A stretch of DNA of 26,531 nt from Candidatus Rokuibacteriota bacterium (GTDB lineage Bacteria > Methylomirabilota > Methylomirabilia > Rokubacteriales > CSP1-6), in assembly GCA_016184305.1 (NCBI GenBank), contig JACPCX010000119.1, forward strand, positions 1 through 26,531, written 5' to 3'. This document shows, piece after piece, positions 23,462 through 26,531 of the stretch. A program made the translations under genes and the position numbers. Below the pieces are notes generated by a model, which was not told where the DNA came from, ran no database searches, and worked only from the letters and a program-made list of their open reading frames with translations. Position 1 is the first letter of the stretch. Each line of letters starts with the position of its first letter.

Positions 23462-24229
23462 TCACCCCGTGTCGCTCCGGCGGCGGCGGGCCTCCCAGGC
23501 CTTGGCCATCCGCAAGAAGACGTAGTCGGCGTAAAGGACGGCGAGCACGAAGCCCCGCCAGCCGTCCAGGAACCCCAGGCGCATAATGTACATCGAGACG
23601 AAGCGCCCGAGGGGTCTGAAGATGAGGTCGGCGACTCGGGCCGGCCTGCTCCGCGCGAGCCAGTCCTGGGCCGCGAGGGTCGAGTACCGGTTCGAGCGCT
23701 CCGCGAAGTCCTCCAGGCTCCGGTACGAGTGGTGGAGGAGCGGCTCGCGCAGGCGCTCCACGGGGCCGCCGACCTGCACCGACTCATGCACCGCGTCCGC
23801 CACGAACCGGCCCGCTCCCCGCCGGAAGAGGCGCAGCTGGTAGTCCGGATAGAGCCCGCCGTGGCGCACCCACGCCCCCCAGAAGATGTTCCGCCGCGGG
23901 AGGCGGTAGCCCATGGTGGGGCTGTCCTGCTCGAGCACCCGGAGGATCCGTTCGCGCAGCGCCGGCGTGACCCGCTCATCGGCGTCCAGCGAGAGCACCC
24001 AGTCGCCCGTGGCCTGATCCAGCGCGAAGTTCTTCTGGGCTGCGAAGCCGGGCCACGGGCGGGTCCAGATCCGCTCCGTGAACTCCCGCGCCAGCGGCAC
24101 CGTCTTGTCGGTGGACTCGGCATCGACCACGAGGATCTCGTCGGCCCACTGGACGCTCTCGAGGCAAGGCCGGAGTCGCTCCTCCTCGTTCCACGCGATG
24201 ATCGCGACCGACAGCCGCGCCCGCGTCAC
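23462..24229 (-). CDS. Glycosyltransferase family 2, WaaE/KdtX-like LPS core enzyme
   Basis: LSVAIIAWNEE, VVDAESTDKT, GFAAQKNFA, WVLSLDADE, YPDYQLRLF, VHE, GFLDGWRG. Confidence 0.9.
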   Translation of the reverse strand: MTRARLSVAIIAWNEEERLRPCLESVQWADEILVVDAESTDKTVPLAREFTERIWTRPWPGFAAQKNFALDQATGDWVLSLDADERVTPALRERILRVLEQDSPTMGYRLPRRNIFWGAWVRHGGLYPDYQLRLFRRGAGRFVADAVHESVQVGGPVERLREPLLHHSYRSLEDFAERSNRYSTLAAQDWLARSRPARVADLIFRPLGRFVSMYIMRLGFLDGWRGFVLAVLYADYVFLRMAKAWEARRRRSDTG

Positions 24230-25257
24230 GAGCGATCCTGATCGAGGAGGCCCTGCGCCGCGGCGAGCGCCGTCGAGGGGGCGAGTCCGGCCATGGTGCC
24301 ATCCGGGCTCTGCAATCCGCGGTTCCGCGGGCCGTAGGGCCCGTTCCGCTCCGCGCGCGTCGGGCCGAAGAGGCCCAGACAGGGCGTGCCCACGGCGGCG
24401 GCCAGGTGGAGCGGGCCGGTGTCTCCGGCGACCATGACGGAGCAGCGGCGGAGCAGCGCGGTGAGCTCATCGAGATCGGTGGGCGGGGCCAGGACGGCGC
24501 GGATCGAGAGGCCCGTCGCGATCTGCCGCGCCATGTGGACCTCGTCCGGGCCCCAGAGCAGGAGCAACCGGGCGCCTGCCTCGGCGCCCAGCCGCTCGGC
24601 CAGCTCCCGGAAATGCGCCACGGGCCAGCGCTTCTCCGAGCGTCCGGCCCCCGGGTTCAGCGCCACGAGGCGGTCGCGGGGCTTGAGGCCGTGCTCGGCG
24701 AGAAAGTCGTCCATGGCCCGCTCGGCGGCCGGCCGCACCGGAAGGTGGAACTCCGGGGCGCCCGCGAGGAGTCCGAGCGGCTCGAGGAGCGACAGGTACT
24801 GCTCCACCACGTGCACGGCCTGGGGCGGCGGTGTCACGTGGCGATTGGTGAAGAGCGCGTTCAGCCTCTCGCGGCAGTGGGACGCGCTGAAGCCGATCCG
24901 CAAGCCGGCACCCGTGTAGGCCGTGAGCAACCCGCTCTTGACGAGGCCCTGCAGATCGAGCGCCACGTCGAAGCGCGCCCCGCGCACGCGGGTGCGGAGG
25001 CGGCCGAGCTTCCCCAACACCTCGCGCGCGCCGCTCGGGCGCCAGATCAGCCGGCGCCAGAGCCGCGTGTTCACCGGGATGACGCGGTCGAGATCGGGGT
25101 GGTCCCGCAGGAGCGCGTACTCGCGCGCCTCGACGATCCACGTGAGCTCCGCGTCCGGGCGGGCGCGGCGAAGCGCGCGGGCCACGGGCAGGGCGTGGAT
25201 GACATCGCCGAGCGCCGAGAGCTTGATGATCGCGATCTTGAAGGGAGCCGGTGTCAT
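24226..25257 (-). CDS. waaC: Lipopolysaccharide heptosyltransferase I (GT9)
   Basis: [29 protein letters not shown]...[20 protein letters not shown]...RNGPY. Confidence 0.88.
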   Translation of the reverse strand: MTPAPFKIAIIKLSALGDVIHALPVARALRRARPDAELTWIVEAREYALLRDHPDLDRVIPVNTRLWRRLIWRPSGAREVLGKLGRLRTRVRGARFDVALDLQGLVKSGLLTAYTGAGLRIGFSASHCRERLNALFTNRHVTPPPQAVHVVEQYLSLLEPLGLLAGAPEFHLPVRPAAERAMDDFLAEHGLKPRDRLVALNPGAGRSEKRWPVAHFRELAERLGAEAGARLLLLWGPDEVHMARQIATGLSIRAVLAPPTDLDELTALLRRCSVMVAGDTGPLHLAAAVGTPCLGLFGPTRAERNGPYGPRNRGLQSPDGTMAGLAPSTALAAAQGLLDQDRS

Positions 25258-25733
25258 CGGGAGAATCTCTGGAGGATGGTGGCGATGAGATCGCGCGTCG
25301 AGTGGCTCTTGGGGTCTCCGGCGATGGCGACGCGCCCACCCGCCCCGAGCACGCTCTGGCGCTCGGGCACCGTGTCCTCCGTGTAATCCGTCCCCTTGGC
25401 CTGCACGTCGGGGCGGAGCCGCCCCACCAGCGCGTCCACGGTGTCCTCGTCGAAGCTGACCACCGCGTCCACGGGCGCGAGCGCGGCCAGGATCTCCGCT
25501 CGCTCCGCCTCGCCCATGAGCGGACGCCCCTGTCCCTTCAGCCGGCGCACTGAGGCGTCGGAGTTGAGCGCCACGACGAGCACGTCGCCCAGAGCCCTGG
25601 CCGCCTGGAGATAGCGGACATGCCCCACGTGCAGGAGATCGAAGCAGCCATTGGCCAGGACGATGCGCTTGCCCTCGGCCCGCCAGGCCGCGACCAGGCG
25701 GACGGCGTCCTCCACGCTACAGCGGGTGGCCAT
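25254..25733 (-). CDS. hldC: D-glycero-beta-D-manno-heptose 1-phosphate adenylyltransferase (stand-alone RfaE/HldE domain II)
   Basis: [40 protein letters not shown]. Confidence 0.92.
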   Translation of the reverse strand: MATRCSVEDAVRLVAAWRAEGKRIVLANGCFDLLHVGHVRYLQAARALGDVLVVALNSDASVRRLKGQGRPLMGEAERAEILAALAPVDAVVSFDEDTVDALVGRLRPDVQAKGTDYTEDTVPERQSVLGAGGRVAIAGDPKSHSTRDLIATILQRFSR

Positions 25734-26531
25734 CGGAAGCGAGGGCCTGGCTGAGCTCCCCGGGCGACACCGTTGCGGTGCCGCGCTTCATCACCACCAC
25801 GCCGCCAGCCACGTTCGCGAGCCATGCCGCTTCACCAGGGCTGGCGCCGGCGGCGAGCGAGACCGTGAACGTGCTGATCACCGTGTCGCCGGCTCCCGTC
25901 ACGTCGGCGATCTGGTCACTGCCGTGGATCGGCATGAAGGTCACCGGCCCCTCGCGCTCGAAGAGCGCCATGCCCCGGCTGCCGCGCGTCACCAGCAGGA
26001 ACCCGGCGTCGAGCCGCTCGAGCACGGCGCGCCCGGCTTTCTCGATGGCGCGGTCATCGGGCAGTTCGCCCCCCGTGAGTGCCTCCACCTCCGGCTCGTT
26101 GGGCGTGGCCGCCGTCATTCCCTTGAAGCGCAGGAGGTCGTAGCGGCTGTCCACCGCCACGACCGCCCGTCGCGGGCGGGCGACCGCCAGCACCGCATCG
26201 AATACCCGGGGAGAGGCCGCGCCATAGCCGTAGTCCGAGACGACGAAGGCGTCGGCCCGCGCGCCGATCTCCCGGAGGCGCGCGATGAGTCGATCCTCCA
26301 CGTCGACAGCGAGGCCGCAGGGCGGCTCGCGGTCCAGGCGCACCACCTGCTGGCGGGTGGACTCGTAGCCGCCAGCCATGATCCGCGTCTTCATCGGCGT
26401 CGGCCGCCCGGGGACGCGGAGGATCCCGTCGGTGGAGACGCCCGCGGCCTGGAAGAGCGCCGAGACCTCACCGCCCGGGCCGTCGGCCCCCAGCACCCCC
26501 ACCGGAAGCGCGCGGGCGCCGAGCGCGTGGA
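25717..26531 (-). CDS. hldA: D-glycero-beta-D-manno-heptose 7-phosphate kinase (stand-alone RfaE/HldE domain I, PfkB family); 5' end outside the window
   Basis: Frame is open to the window end (..[14 protein letters not shown]..); [40 protein letters not shown]. Confidence 0.9.
   Translation of the reverse strand, partial: HALGARALPVGVLGADGPGGEVSALFQAAGVSTDGILRVPGRPTPMKTRIMAGGYESTRQQVVRLDREPPCGLAVDVEDRLIARLREIGARADAFVVSDYGYGAASPRVFDAVLAVARPRRAVVAVDSRYDLLRFKGMTAATPNEPEVEALTGGELPDDRAIEKAGRAVLERLDAGFLLVTRGSRGMALFEREGPVTFMPIHGSDQIADVTGAGDTVISTFTVSLAAGASPGEAAWLANVAGGVVVMKRGTATVSPGELSQALASDGHPL

Noticed and set aside
22465..24123. Apparent 821-aa ScpA
   Set aside because: The upstream part is an alternative frame over trpS and the GT2 gene; ScpA similarity begins at ATG 22464.

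Overview
High-GC bacterial chromosomal segment. It carries one tightly packed, minus-strand housekeeping run of 23 CDSs, many joined by 4-bp (A/G)TGA overlaps. In transcription order: split hldA/hldC, waaC, GT2 (ADP-heptose/LPS core, so a diderm); trpS; scpA, scpB; rluB; pheA, hisC, tyrA, aroA; cmk; plsC; rpsA; sppA; ihfB; HIT; mutS; mutL+miaA; hflX; pgsA; DUF512; der; and a membrane-anchored SPOR protein. The gene order and GC content suggest Methylomirabilota/Rokubacteria or a similar lineage, but this is unverified inference. I found no rRNA, tRNA, CRISPR array or transposase. The standout anomaly is that mutL and miaA form a single 939-aa reading frame. They are joined by a ~160-bp GC-rich element with two 43-bp direct repeats (each encoding MEIPRAERGGEPQP), several mini-hairpins and no stop codon in any of the six frames. 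The element sits where MutL's last residues and stop codon would be expected. Secondary observations: no hfq between miaA and hflX; a likely CTG start for rluB; a TrpRS [4Fe-4S] motif; DNA-level identity between repeated domains in rpsA and der; an interrupted SPOR domain; structured leaders before rpsA and ihfB; and internal extended -10 promoters.
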